Positions 12,256-21,585 of a stretch of 64,000 bases of DNA are shown piece after piece. The notes beneath the pieces were generated by a model that was not told the origin of the DNA, made no database searches, and worked only from the letters and a program-made list of their open reading frames with translations. The stretch comes from Parcubacteria group bacterium M6-OD1-1 (GTDB taxonomy: Bacteria > Patescibacteriota > Minisyncoccia > GWC2-36-17 > M10-OD1-4). Location of the stretch: the NCBI GenBank assembly GCA_003056085.1, contig LSNK01000003.1, positions 2,744 to 66,743 on the forward strand, written 5' to 3'. The position numbers and the translations under genes were made by a program. The number at the start of each line of letters is the position of its first letter. The first letter of the stretch is position 1.

Positions 12256-12967
12256 TTGAATTTTTGCTATCAAAAATATTTTCTTTTTTTGCATCTTCTA
12301 AAGCCTTATAAACAAGATCTGTATGATCTGACATTGATAATTCTTTCTGAAGCGCAATGGAAGCGGTTTTTTCAACTAAAGCTACTATTTGCTTATCAAC
12401 AAAATCCATTCGTTTTTTTTGATAATTATCAATTATCTTTTTTATTTCTTCAAGCTCTCCATTTAAATATTTATCTACTTTAGTCGCGCTTTCTTTTTCA
12501 AATTCTGAAAGTGTTTCTTTTATTTCATCCATTATACTATCCATTTTCTTTTCTGCTGTTTCTTTGTTTTCCTCAACGCGTTTTTGAAAAGAAAGTGAAA
12601 ATTTAGAATACATTTCTTCCGCTTTTTTTGCTGATTGTGAAATTGAGTCTTCTATTTCTTGAGTTAATTTATCAAGATGTTTTTTGTAGGATGATTCTAT
12701 TTTTTTGTTTGTAATTTTTCCATTTGAAATAAGTCTTATACTTTCAAGCTCAGCTTCAACAAGTATTTTTTGCGCCTCTTTTTGAGCATTTCCTATAATT
12801 TTTTGGGACTTGCTCTTTGCCTTTTTTATCATACGGCCATAAATAGGATAAGTAAGATCTCTTATTTGTCCATTGCTTTTAAAGTACATAAACAAAAAAA
12901 CAAGAACTAAAAAGGCCAACAAAGACACAAGACCAATAAGTAAATAAAAAATTAAAAAATTTGTCAT
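12248..12967 (-). CDS. atpF: Fo subunit b-like protein (single N-terminal TM + long coiled coil)
   Basis: N-terminal TM, AQKEAQKILVEAE coiled coil, C-terminal ASIALQKELSMSDHTDLV resembling the b-subunit tail; 239 aa (long). Confidence 0.6.
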   Translation of the reverse strand: MTNFLIFYLLIGLVSLLAFLVLVFLFMYFKSNGQIRDLTYPIYGRMIKKAKSKSQKIIGNAQKEAQKILVEAELESIRLISNGKITNKKIESSYKKHLDKLTQEIEDSISQSAKKAEEMYSKFSLSFQKRVEENKETAEKKMDSIMDEIKETLSEFEKESATKVDKYLNGELEEIKKIIDNYQKKRMDFVDKQIVALVEKTASIALQKELSMSDHTDLVYKALEDAKKENIFDSKNSNE

Positions 12968-12978
12968 AAAAAAAATTA

Positions 12979-13854
12979 TTAAAATATTACTATTATCACA
13001 CTTATAAATATTCCCACAACGCCTATCATTAAAGCTACAATTGAATTTAAGATAATAACGGACCAGACAGATGATTTTGCAAGCGGATTTCTTCCTATTG
13101 AGATAATGCTTCTGTCTACTGCGGACATAAAATTTTTAAAAGCTGCAAATATAGCACCAAATGCGATAAGAGCTGCAATAATATATTTTATGATATTAAC
13201 CTTTGTTTCATCTTCAATTCCTCCAAATATTCCCACCTTACCGCCTTCGCTGTTACTTACCAATTCGTTTAAAAAAGGAATGCTTTTATCCGTTGATGAA
13301 TCCGAAGCGGCGATACCAACATCAAGAAGCACTTTTATGCTTCCTGTCACGATATTTTTTCCATCTATGATTTCTGTTTTTACTCCTTCTGTCTTTTCAT
13401 CAAAAGGCTCGAGTGCAACTCCTAATATGTACGAATCTTTTTTAACAACCTTCTGCCCCTTCCCCGGGACATCAGAAGATGTAATGTTGTCTCCTGGCTG
13501 TATGGGACCTCCTTCCAATGTTACATTTACCAATACTTGGCCGGACCTTACTACTGGAATCTTATTTGTTTCCGTCCTTAAAACCAAAACAGGGTTTTCT
13601 ACGGTAATTCCAAAAATATCCTCATCCCCAACCTTGCGAGACAAACTATAGACTCCATTTTTTTTATCATAGGAAATTATATCTCCGAAAAGAACATTAT
13701 CATCGGTGATGGTATATGTTAAAGCAACATTAAGGTCACTTTTTTGAGCATGCGAAAAAGGAACAAACAATATAACGCTTGTTGCTAAAACTAATAATAC
13801 TGTTAAATTAATCAAAATGCGAAACTGCATGTATAAAAATAAAAAACTTGGCAA
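12979..13854 (-). CDS. Exported peptidase-G2-like domain fused to a subunit-c-like helical hairpin lacking the ion-binding carboxylate
   Basis: Signal/TM, then GDII..FGITVENP..PVVRSGQVLVNV..IQPGDNITSSDVPG..ILGVALE, then TM-ISIGRNPLA-TM; occupies the atpE position before atpF. Confidence 0.65.
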   Translation of the reverse strand: MPSFLFLYMQFRILINLTVLLVLATSVILFVPFSHAQKSDLNVALTYTITDDNVLFGDIISYDKKNGVYSLSRKVGDEDIFGITVENPVLVLRTETNKIPVVRSGQVLVNVTLEGGPIQPGDNITSSDVPGKGQKVVKKDSYILGVALEPFDEKTEGVKTEIIDGKNIVTGSIKVLLDVGIAASDSSTDKSIPFLNELVSNSEGGKVGIFGGIEDETKVNIIKYIIAALIAFGAIFAAFKNFMSAVDRSIISIGRNPLAKSSVWSVIILNSIVALMIGVVGIFISVIIVIF

Positions 13855-14031
13855 ATAAGCTGCGAAACTTTTTTCACTTGTTTTTATTTTAACATATAGC
13901 CACTACAGAATAAATAGTATATTTTAATATTAACCCGACATTACAAAGCAAGGTGCTATATTCAAAAAAAACAGTTTAATAAATGGCTTTTTTATGCTAA
14001 AATAGTTAAATTATGATGGATTTATCCTGAA

Positions 14032-14556
14032 ATGTTTTTTAGGATAAAATTAAATATTATTAATTTTGATTTATTTATGAGCTTGCAATCCTTAGAAATA
14101 CAAAATATTTTACTTATAATACTGTCTGTATTGGTTTTTTTGCTGATTATTCAAAACTTTTTTTTAAGAAAAAGATATAAGAAAATATTTAAGAAAAATG
14201 ACGAACACTCAATAGAGAATGTTTTATCTGAATATTTGTCAAGAACGGAAAAAACAGAGAGAAACATCAAAAAACTTATGAACGACCTTATAAAGTTAGA
14301 AAAACATTCTGAAAGTTTAGTCAGAAGAACATTAATAAAAAGATATAACCCATTTAAAGATTCTGGATCAGACCAAAGCTTTACAATCTCTTTGTTAGAT
14401 GGTACTAATAATGGGCTGCTTCTTACTGGATTATATTCAAGGGACGGAGTAAGAGTATATGCAAAACCCGTGGAAAACGGATTAACAAAACACGGACTGT
14501 CAAATGAAGAAGCAGAGATATTAAAAAAATCCATTTTGCTTAATAAAAAAGACTAA
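14032..14556 (+). CDS. DUF4446-like membrane protein
   Basis: RYNPFKDSGSDQSFTISLLD..NGLLLTGLYSRDGVRVYAKPV motif; real start may be 14077. Confidence 0.8.
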   Translation: MFFRIKLNIINFDLFMSLQSLEIQNILLIILSVLVFLLIIQNFFLRKRYKKIFKKNDEHSIENVLSEYLSRTEKTERNIKKLMNDLIKLEKHSESLVRRTLIKRYNPFKDSGSDQSFTISLLDGTNNGLLLTGLYSRDGVRVYAKPVENGLTKHGLSNEEAEILKKSILLNKKD

Positions 14557-14577
14557 TATAGATAAAACTAAATAAAA

Positions 14578-16092
14578 ATGACAAAAGAAAAGGAACAAAA
14601 TTCAATAGAACGCCCTCCTGTTATTGTGGTTTTAGGACATATAGACCATGGAAAAACCGCTCTTTTAGACTATATTAAAAAAACAAATGTAGTTTCAAAT
14701 GAATCCGGCAATATTACACAGCATATAGGAGCTTATGAAATAACCCACAATAATAAAAAAATGACATTCATAGACACTCCCGGTCATGAGGCGTTTTCCA
14801 AGATGCGTTCAAGAGGCGCTAAGGTGGCTGATATTGCTATTTTGGTTATTGCGGCAGATGAAGGCTTGAAACTTCAAACTAAAGAAGCCATAGAACATAT
14901 CAAAAAAGCGGGACTTGATATGATAGTAGCAATAAACAAAATAGACAAACCTGAAGCAGCTCCTGAAAAAATAAAACAGCAACTTGCGGAAGAAGGGATA
15001 ATGCTTGAAGGTTGGGGCGGAACTGTTTCAAATCAAGAAATATCCGCTAAGTCAGGAAAAGGTATAAATGAGCTTTTGGACCTCATAGCTCTCGCAACAG
15101 AAATTGAAGAACTTAAAGCCAATAAAGACATCCCCGGAGAAGGAGTCATTATTGAGGCGAGAACTGACGCAAAAATTGGAAACATAACTTCCCTTTTAAT
15201 TAAAAATGGACTTATAAAAACAGGGGATTTTATAGTGGCGGGAACTTCATTTGGAAAGATAAAAAAAATGGAGGATGACAGAGGAAATATTATAAAAGAA
15301 GCTCAATTTTCCGCCCCTGTTCAAGTAACCGGGTTTGACTCCCTGCCAACAGTGGGAGATGAGTTTTATATTACAAAAAATAAAAAAGAATCTGAAAAAT
15401 TAACTGAACTTAAAAAAGAAACTGAATCTTTAGGGGTTAAGTCTCAAGATAAAGACCTAACAGATAAAAAACTTATAAATATACTTTTAAAAGCCGATGT
15501 TTCAGGAACTGAAGAAGCTCTCAAAAGTATGGTTTCTGACTTGATATTTGACGATGTTGCAGTAAATATAACAAAATCAGATATTGGGGATATAACAGAA
15601 AATGATATTAAATTTTCCAGATCAACAAACTCAATAATAGCGGGATTTAAAATACAAGCATCGGGACAAATTAAAAAATTAGCTGAACAGAATGAAGTTA
15701 AAATAATAACAGCAAATGTTATTTATGAAGTAATAGAATCTATAAAAAAAGAATTAGCTTCTCTGCTAACTCCTGAAATAACAAAAAATGTAATAGGAAA
15801 ACTCCAAATACTTGCAACATTTAAACAGGATAAAACAAAAATGATAGTAGGTGGAAAAATAATAGACGGAAAAGCAAAGAGAAGGGCGAAAATGGAAGTT
15901 ACAAGAAAAGGAGAACCAATAATAACAGGTGTATTAGTTCAACTTCAACAAAACAAAGAAGATGTTACTGAGGTTGCCTTGGGTAAAGAATGCGGAATAG
16001 CATTTCAACCGGACAAATCAACAGAGGAAAAAATTGAAGTTGGAGATATTTTAGAAATATACGAAGAAGAAGAAACAATAAAGACACTATGA
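14578..16092 (+). CDS. infB: Translation initiation factor IF-2 (lacking N-terminal extension)
   Basis: RPPVIVVLGHIDHGKT, DTPGHEAFSKMRSRGA, AINKID. Confidence 0.97.
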   Translation: MTKEKEQNSIERPPVIVVLGHIDHGKTALLDYIKKTNVVSNESGNITQHIGAYEITHNNKKMTFIDTPGHEAFSKMRSRGAKVADIAILVIAADEGLKLQTKEAIEHIKKAGLDMIVAINKIDKPEAAPEKIKQQLAEEGIMLEGWGGTVSNQEISAKSGKGINELLDLIALATEIEELKANKDIPGEGVIIEARTDAKIGNITSLLIKNGLIKTGDFIVAGTSFGKIKKMEDDRGNIIKEAQFSAPVQVTGFDSLPTVGDEFYITKNKKESEKLTELKKETESLGVKSQDKDLTDKKLINILLKADVSGTEEALKSMVSDLIFDDVAVNITKSDIGDITENDIKFSRSTNSIIAGFKIQASGQIKKLAEQNEVKIITANVIYEVIESIKKELASLLTPEITKNVIGKLQILATFKQDKTKMIVGGKIIDGKAKRRAKMEVTRKGEPIITGVLVQLQQNKEDVTEVALGKECGIAFQPDKSTEEKIEVGDILEIYEEEETIKTL

Positions 16093-16427
16093 CAGACAGA
16101 CTAAACAAAATAAATGAACTTATCAAACAAGAAGTTGGTAAGATAATAATAAGAGAATTGGACATCCCAAGGAATGTTCTTGTTACTATAACAAGAACAA
16201 AGACAGAACCGAATCTTAGAAAATCAACAATCTTTATAACTACATTCCCGGAAAGGTTAGGAAAAGATGTTATTTTAGAGCTTGAACTTGGTATATATGA
16301 CATTCAAAAAGCCTTAAATAGAAAACTCAATATGAAGCCTGTCCCAAAAATAGAATTTAAAATAGACAAACAATCTCAGACTGAACAGAAAATTTTCAAA
16401 CTTTTAGGTAAAAACAGAAAAGATTAA
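16089..16427 (+). CDS. rbfA: Ribosome-binding factor A
   Basis: RLNKINELIKQE..VTIT..VPKIEFKID; directly follows infB. Confidence 0.9.
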   Translation: MTDRLNKINELIKQEVGKIIIRELDIPRNVLVTITRTKTEPNLRKSTIFITTFPERLGKDVILELELGIYDIQKALNRKLNMKPVPKIEFKIDKQSQTEQKIFKLLGKNRKD

Positions 16428-16432
16428 AATAG

Positions 16433-16461
16433 TTGCAAAAAATAGATCTTTTGTATACAAT
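16433..16461 (+). promoter_or_regulatory. Sigma70-type promoter for tRNA-Cys/Leu
   Basis: TTGCAA-17bp-TACAAT. Confidence 0.5.
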
Positions 16462-16527
16462 TTTAAAATATCAATGATGTAAAAAATTGATAAAATAATT
16501 CGTCTTATTTAAATTTTTGGATATAAT

Positions 16528-16561
16528 GGCCATGTGGCGGAGTGGTTACGCAGCGGTTTGC
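16528..16561 (+). pseudogene. 5' half of tRNA-Cys (ends in anticodon loop)
   Basis: GGCCATGTGGCGGAGTGGTTACGCAGCGGTTTGC duplicates the 5' half of the adjacent tRNA-Cys with a different acceptor strand. Confidence 0.8.
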
Positions 16562-16576
16562 CCCGCTCAAAGGTCT

Positions 16577-16650
16577 GGCGCTGTGGCGGAGTGGTTACGC
16601 AGCGGTTTGCAAAACCGTGCACACCGGTTCAATTCCGGTCAGCGCCTCCA
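16577..16650 (+). tRNA. tRNA-Cys(GCA)
   Basis: GGCGCTG/CAGCGCC acceptor, GCGGT-TTGCAAA-ACCGT anticodon arm, TTCAATT T-loop, encoded CCA. Confidence 0.95.
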
Positions 16651-16722
16651 AGCCAGACCTTTGTGTGGGATTGCAATTTGTCATCAAATTAAAGATTTAT
16701 TTTTTTAATTTTGAATTTTTAT

Positions 16723-16809
16723 GCCCGGGTGGTGAAATTGGTATACACGAGAGACTTAAAATCTCTTGGTCGCAAGACCGTGCCGGTTCAAGTCCGGCTC
16801 CGGGCACCA
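16723..16809 (+). tRNA. tRNA-Leu(TAA)
   Basis: AGAGA-CTTAAAA-TCTCT anticodon arm, long variable arm, CCA. Confidence 0.95.
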
Positions 16810-16846
16810 CAAAAAACTCCTGATTTTAATCAGGAGTTTTTTGATT
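16806..16846. repeat. 41-bp direct repeat copy 1 (tRNA-Leu ACCA + bidirectional terminator)
   Basis: ACCACAAAAAACTCCTGATTTTAATCAGGAGTTTTTTGATT, identical to 20054-20094. Confidence 0.9.
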
Positions 16847-16868
16847 TTAAAAACAGCAAAATTAAAAA

Positions 16869-17558
16869 TTACCGCACATAACAATTTTTAACATATTTTT
16901 TTAATTCTTCTGCTAACTCACTTAACTCATTATCCGAATATGAAGATTCTTTTTTTAAAGCAGGTTCAATTAATTTTGTCGGAATAAATTTCTGTAAGAA
17001 ATAATTTTCCGCACCTTTGATTTCTTGCGCAATTTTTCTTAAATCATCTTTACTTAGAATAGACTTTACAATAGTTGTTCTAAACTCATATCCAACACTT
17101 GAGCTCATTAAAAGACTTATACTTTTTTTTAATTTTTCAACCGGGATTTGCCACCCTATGACTTTTGAATATTTCTTCAGCGGCGCCTTGATATCCATAG
17201 CAACATAATCAACTAATTTTCTTTTAATAAAGTTTTCTAAAACCTCCGGCCTGCTGCCGTTACTGTCTAATTTTACCAAAAAACCCATTGCTTTTATGTT
17301 TTCTATCATTTCAGATAAATCCGCATGCTGTGTTGGTTCACCTCCGGTAATGCACACCGCATCAAGTTTCCCGCGCCTATTATTTAAAAAATCATAAACT
17401 TCTGAAAGCGAAATTTCCGCGGTGTATCTTTCAGGAATAACCAATTCCGGATTATGGCAATACCTACAACGAAAATTACAACCAATCGTAAAAATTATTG
17501 CTGAAGTTTTACCCGGATAATCTATCAAAGAAAATTTTTGCAATCCACCAATAATCAT
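16869..17558 (-). CDS. nrdG: Anaerobic ribonucleotide reductase activating protein (radical SAM)
   Basis: SLIDYPG, GCNFRCRYCHNP, ITGGEPT; overlaps nrdD stop. Confidence 0.93.
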   Translation of the reverse strand: MIIGGLQKFSLIDYPGKTSAIIFTIGCNFRCRYCHNPELVIPERYTAEISLSEVYDFLNNRRGKLDAVCITGGEPTQHADLSEMIENIKAMGFLVKLDSNGSRPEVLENFIKRKLVDYVAMDIKAPLKKYSKVIGWQIPVEKLKKSISLLMSSSVGYEFRTTIVKSILSKDDLRKIAQEIKGAENYFLQKFIPTKLIEPALKKESSYSDNELSELAEELKKYVKNCYVR

Positions 17559-19645
17559 ACCGTTGTTTTATATGTTTCTCGTATATCAAATTCAGCTTTT
17601 TTACCGTCATTCCACTGCATTGTTGGGCGCAAGTAACCAACGATTCTTGAATACACCTCGCACGAGCTCTGACATTTGTCACAAACTTTTATCTCTCCTG
17701 AAATATATCCATGATTTTTACAAACGCTAAAGGTTGGTGTTAAAGTAAAATAAGGCAACTCATAATTTTCACATATTTTTCTCACTAAATTTTTAACACT
17801 TTCTCCGTCTCTTATCATTTCACCAAGAAAAAAGTGTAAAACCGTACCTCCGGTATATTTTGTCTGCAAACTATCTTGCAACTCTAAGGCCTCAAAAATA
17901 TCTTCTGTAAAATTAACAGGTAAATGTGTTGAATTGGTGTAAAATGGACTTTCTACGTCATCGCCTTTTCCATTGGCAAAGTTTGCATTTTCATATTTTT
18001 TTTGATCAAGAAGGGCCAGTCTAAATGATGTCCCTTCTGCCGGAGTTGCTTCAAGATTATAATTATTGCCGGTTTCTTTTTGAAAAGAAACCATTGTGTT
18101 ACGCATATAATCAAGCACTTTTTCTGCAAATTCTTTGCCTTTTGTTGTGGTTATTGTTTCTCCAAAAAGATTTTGCGTTGCTTCGCTCATCCCTACAAGA
18201 CCAATAGTAGAAAAATGATTTTCCCAATATTTCCCATAAGAAGATTTTATTTTTCTTAAATAAAATTTAGTATATGGATATAGTCCGCTATCAGTAAACC
18301 GTTCTAATACTTTTCTTTTTATTTCCAAACTTTCTTTAGCTAAAATCATTAATTCTTTCAATTTATTAAAAAATTCTTTCTTATTTTTTGCATCAAGAGC
18401 AATACGCGGTAAATTTATAGTTACAACCCCGATTGATCCTGTTAAAGGATTTGCACCAAAAAGCCCTCCACCGCGTTTTTGTAATTGTCTGTTATCTATT
18501 CTCAATCTACAACACATTGAGCGGGCATCATCAGGATCCATATCGGAGTTGATAAAATTTGAAAAATAGGGTAAACCATATTTCCCTGTTGCCTGCCATA
18601 ATAATTTAATGGAATCATTATCCCAATTAAAATCTTTTGTAATATTGTAAGTTGGAATTGGAAATGTAAAAACGCGGCCACTGGCATCTCCCTCCGACAT
18701 TACTTCTAAAAATGCTTCATTAAACATATCCATCTCTTTTTGAAATTCATGATATGTTTCTTTTTGCGGCTTGCCGCCGACTATAACCGACTGCTTTGCA
18801 TAATGCTTTGGAACCGTTAAATCTAAAGTGACATTTGTAAACGGCGTCTGAAAACCAACACGAGTTGGAACGTTAATATTAAAAATAAATTCTTGAAGAG
18901 CTTGCTTGACTTCTTTGTACCTTAATTTATCATATCTTATAAACGGAGCCAGCAAAGTGTCAAAATTACTGAATGCCTGGGCTCCCGCGGCTTCACCCTG
19001 TAAAGTATAGAAAAAATTAACAACCTGCCCAAGAGCAGACCGAAAATGCTTTGGAGGCTTGCTTGACACTTTGCCCTCAACTCCCTTAAAACCTTCCGCC
19101 AATAAGTCAAAGAGATCCCAGCCGACACAATAAACTGAAAGCAAATTTAAATCATGAATATGAAAATCACCATTTATATGAGCATTCTTGCTATTATCGG
19201 GATAAATTTTATTTAACCAATAATTCTTGCTTATTTCACTGGAAATATAATTATTTAAGCCCTGTAATGAATAGGACATATTGCTGTTTTCCTTAACCTG
19301 CCAATCAGTTTTGTGTAAATACTGCTCAACAAAATTATTATTAAAAGAATTATTAATATCTCTTAATTGTTTGTGTTGTTCTCTGTATAAAATATAAGCC
19401 TTGGCGGTTTTTTTAAATTTTGAACGCAATAAAACATTCTCGACTATATCTTGAATTTGTTCAACTTTAGGAATTTTGTCTTTTATGGTTTTATCAGCGC
19501 AATTTACAACTTTTTTTGTCAGTTCATTTGCTTCTTTAGAGCCAAATTCATCGGTTGCCTTCCCGGCCTTTATGATTGCAATAACAACTTTTTTTATATT
19601 AAAAGACACTGTCCTGCCGCTTCTTTTTTTTATTTGCTTATACAT
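17555..19645 (-). CDS. nrdD: Class III (anaerobic) ribonucleoside-triphosphate reductase with ATP cone
   Basis: ATP cone IKKRSG..VEQIQDIVE, SMCCRL, EATPAEG, glycyl-radical motif YSRIVGYLRP. Confidence 0.96.
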   Translation of the reverse strand: MYKQIKKRSGRTVSFNIKKVVIAIIKAGKATDEFGSKEANELTKKVVNCADKTIKDKIPKVEQIQDIVENVLLRSKFKKTAKAYILYREQHKQLRDINNSFNNNFVEQYLHKTDWQVKENSNMSYSLQGLNNYISSEISKNYWLNKIYPDNSKNAHINGDFHIHDLNLLSVYCVGWDLFDLLAEGFKGVEGKVSSKPPKHFRSALGQVVNFFYTLQGEAAGAQAFSNFDTLLAPFIRYDKLRYKEVKQALQEFIFNINVPTRVGFQTPFTNVTLDLTVPKHYAKQSVIVGGKPQKETYHEFQKEMDMFNEAFLEVMSEGDASGRVFTFPIPTYNITKDFNWDNDSIKLLWQATGKYGLPYFSNFINSDMDPDDARSMCCRLRIDNRQLQKRGGGLFGANPLTGSIGVVTINLPRIALDAKNKKEFFNKLKELMILAKESLEIKRKVLERFTDSGLYPYTKFYLRKIKSSYGKYWENHFSTIGLVGMSEATQNLFGETITTTKGKEFAEKVLDYMRNTMVSFQKETGNNYNLEATPAEGTSFRLALLDQKKYENANFANGKGDDVESPFYTNSTHLPVNFTEDIFEALELQDSLQTKYTGGTVLHFFLGEMIRDGESVKNLVRKICENYELPYFTLTPTFSVCKNHGYISGEIKVCDKCQSSCEVYSRIVGYLRPTMQWNDGKKAEFDIRETYKTTV

Positions 19646-19714
19646 AAGACTTTTTTTGAATTAATTATTAAAAAAACTTGGCTAAAACGCCAAGCATCAA
19701 ACAATATCCAATAT

Positions 19715-19830
19715 AGTCTTGAGACTTAAACGCGAGCCGAGAGCGGACTAATGCAGTCAAATTGTATGAGACCGGACTTTAACCGTTGCGCGACAGTGAG
19801 GGAATCACACCCTACTTCATCATACAAACC
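19715..19830 (-). promoter_or_regulatory. Cobalamin riboswitch (compact class II-like) in nrdD leader
   Basis: Minus strand TTGTATGA-TGAAGTA-GGG TGTGATT CCC-TC-ACTGT CGCGCA ACGGT-TAAAGTCCG-GTC-TCATACAA: closing stem, T-loop stem, P5 and AGTCCG box; downstream CGCG is a possible kissing-loop partner. Confidence 0.75.
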
Positions 19831-19963
19831 GCTATCTATAATTTTGTAAATACATAATAGCACAAAAAAATAATTTTCCAAAATCTTATATTTTTTGGTT
19901 TTTTGCCTTTTTTAAAAATTAAATTAAAATATTTCCAAATTTTTTCAATTAAATCCCTTCCTT

Positions 19964-20007
19964 TTAACGTAGCATATGGTGACGGTCGTCACCATATGCT
20001 ACGTTAA
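19964..20007. repeat. Perfect palindrome, 21-bp arms, ACG-GT-CGT apex
   Basis: TTAACGTAGCATATGGTGACG-GT-CGTCACCATATGCTACGTTAA. Confidence 0.95.
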
Positions 20008-20053
20008 TTTTTTAATTAGAATATTAGGGAAGAAATTATTTTGATATCAAAAA

Positions 20054-20094
20054 ACCACAAAAAACTCCTGATTTTAATCAGGAGTTTTTTGATT
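20054..20094. repeat. 41-bp direct repeat copy 2; terminator for 3D-domain gene
   Basis: Identical to 16806-16846. Confidence 0.9.
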
Positions 20095-20115
20095 ATATTT
20101 TTTGAATTTTATTTC

Positions 20116-20607
20116 TTACTCGGCGATTTCCACAATGGTATATTTCATCCCAAAACTTAAAGCCTCAGATCTTGATTCTATCCAAATATCTATCCTGTCC
20201 TGAAACCTTTTGTTCATTCTATCTTCTACTGTAAAAACTTTATCTCCAAAAAGTTCCGGAAATCTTACTTTTGTACCCAAGGGTAAGAAGTTTGCAGCTA
20301 TAGCGCCGTCATAAACATAATTTCCGCTTGCCATTATAAATGGCGTATCATCTGTTTGCCCTACCGTTGAAGAATATGCCGTTATTTTAGATTTTCCAAT
20401 GTTTTTCCATATGACAGGAGAACTTTCGCCTAAAAATGAATCATTCCCCGTGATAATTACTGCACTTTTTTCAATAGCCGTACTTGCAACTTTGCTCTCT
20501 TGTTGTAAATAAGCATCTGCTTCAATACTTTTATTTGCTGCGGCAAATAGATTTAATGGGCCAACTAAAATACTCGCAAGAACAACCCAACCAAATAATA
20601 TCTTCAT
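20116..20607 (-). CDS. Secreted 3D-domain protein (lytic transglycosylase-like)
   Basis: Signal peptide; ITAYSSTVGQTDDTPFIMASG..AANFLPLGTKV..EDRM..IDIW. Confidence 0.85.
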   Translation of the reverse strand: MKILFGWVVLASILVGPLNLFAAANKSIEADAYLQQESKVASTAIEKSAVIITGNDSFLGESSPVIWKNIGKSKITAYSSTVGQTDDTPFIMASGNYVYDGAIAANFLPLGTKVRFPELFGDKVFTVEDRMNKRFQDRIDIWIESRSEALSFGMKYTIVEIAE

Positions 20608-20706
20608 TTTTAAAATTTAATTTTTAGCTTTTTTACTGGAATTACTTTAAAATATCTGCATTTCCAATAAAAAAACTCCCCATAACAAAGGGAGATTCAT
20701 AGGACA

Positions 20707-20735
20707 ATACTACACTATTTACTAAAATATGTCAA
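20707..20735 (-). promoter_or_regulatory. Sigma70-type promoter of 3D-domain gene
   Basis: Minus strand TTGACA-17bp-TAGTAT. Confidence 0.6.
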
Positions 20736-20798
20736 CCCCATCACTTAGACACACAAACATCCTAATAATAGGTTTTGTCTTTTAATTTTTATACCTTA

Positions 20799-21431
20799 TT
20801 AGTCTTTCTTAGTCTTGTATTTTAAAAAAAGAATTACAGATGCCAAGAAAGAAACAACTATAAATAAAATGATCTGTTGTTTTAAGCTCACCATACCAAC
20901 ATAAGACAAAATAAATGCAAATGGCGTTATCCCCAATATTGTAGCACTCATATAAACTTTTAGATTAACTTTTGTAAAAGTACCTAAAGCATAACTTAAA
21001 ATATCAACAGGAATAAGCATTCTTAAAAAAACTATAGTCCAAAATACATTCTCCTTTGGCATCTTGCTTTCGTATTTTTCTAATTTTTCTAACGAAATAA
21101 ATCTTTTTACCACCGGCTTCCCAAACTTTACCGCTATTAAAAATGCAACAAAAGACCCCAAACTCCAACTTAGAATACTTAAAACTCCTGTTATCTGCCA
21201 ACCCCACAAATTTGCGGCAATAGGCATTAAAGGAACAGATGTTAAAGGAGCAATTACCGTTGTTATAAACGCAAGCAACACATATATTAAAGCTCCCCAA
21301 AAAAATGAAAAATTACTCATATAAGATTTGAGAGTTTCAATATTCTCTTGGACGAAATAAGAAACTGCCACAAATATTGCAGCAATTAATATTAAAGATA
21401 CCAAATTTTCTAAAATTCCTTTTTTGCTCAT
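20799..21431 (-). CDS. TVP38/TMEM64 (DedA/VTT) family membrane protein
   Basis: Multi-TM; FLRMLIPVDILSYALG..YMSATILGITP. Confidence 0.85.
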   Translation of the reverse strand: MSKKGILENLVSLILIAAIFVAVSYFVQENIETLKSYMSNFSFFWGALIYVLLAFITTVIAPLTSVPLMPIAANLWGWQITGVLSILSWSLGSFVAFLIAVKFGKPVVKRFISLEKLEKYESKMPKENVFWTIVFLRMLIPVDILSYALGTFTKVNLKVYMSATILGITPFAFILSYVGMVSLKQQIILFIVVSFLASVILFLKYKTKKD

Positions 21432-21555
21432 TATTTTTAACTTTATACTTAAATTCTAACAAAATAATTTAATATTACAATAACGTTTAAAACCCGCTCT
21501 CACAATTAAGAATTAAACTAATATTCCATAACCTTATCATTAAATGAGATAAAAA

Positions 21556-21579
21556 AAGCGGTCAATACATTGACCGCTT
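21556..21579 (-). terminator. Intrinsic terminator
   Basis: AAGCGGTCAAT-AC-ATTGACCGCTT with T-run on minus strand. Confidence 0.7.
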
Positions 21580-21585
21580 AGAACG

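Noticed and set aside
14578-16092. Short IF2 (also short AspRS and TGS-less ThrRS start) as novelty
   Set aside because: Consistent with ordinary genome streamlining; catalytic motifs intact
16517-16823. ORFs 16517-16708 and 16542-16823
   Set aside because: They overlap tRNA-Cys and tRNA-Leu
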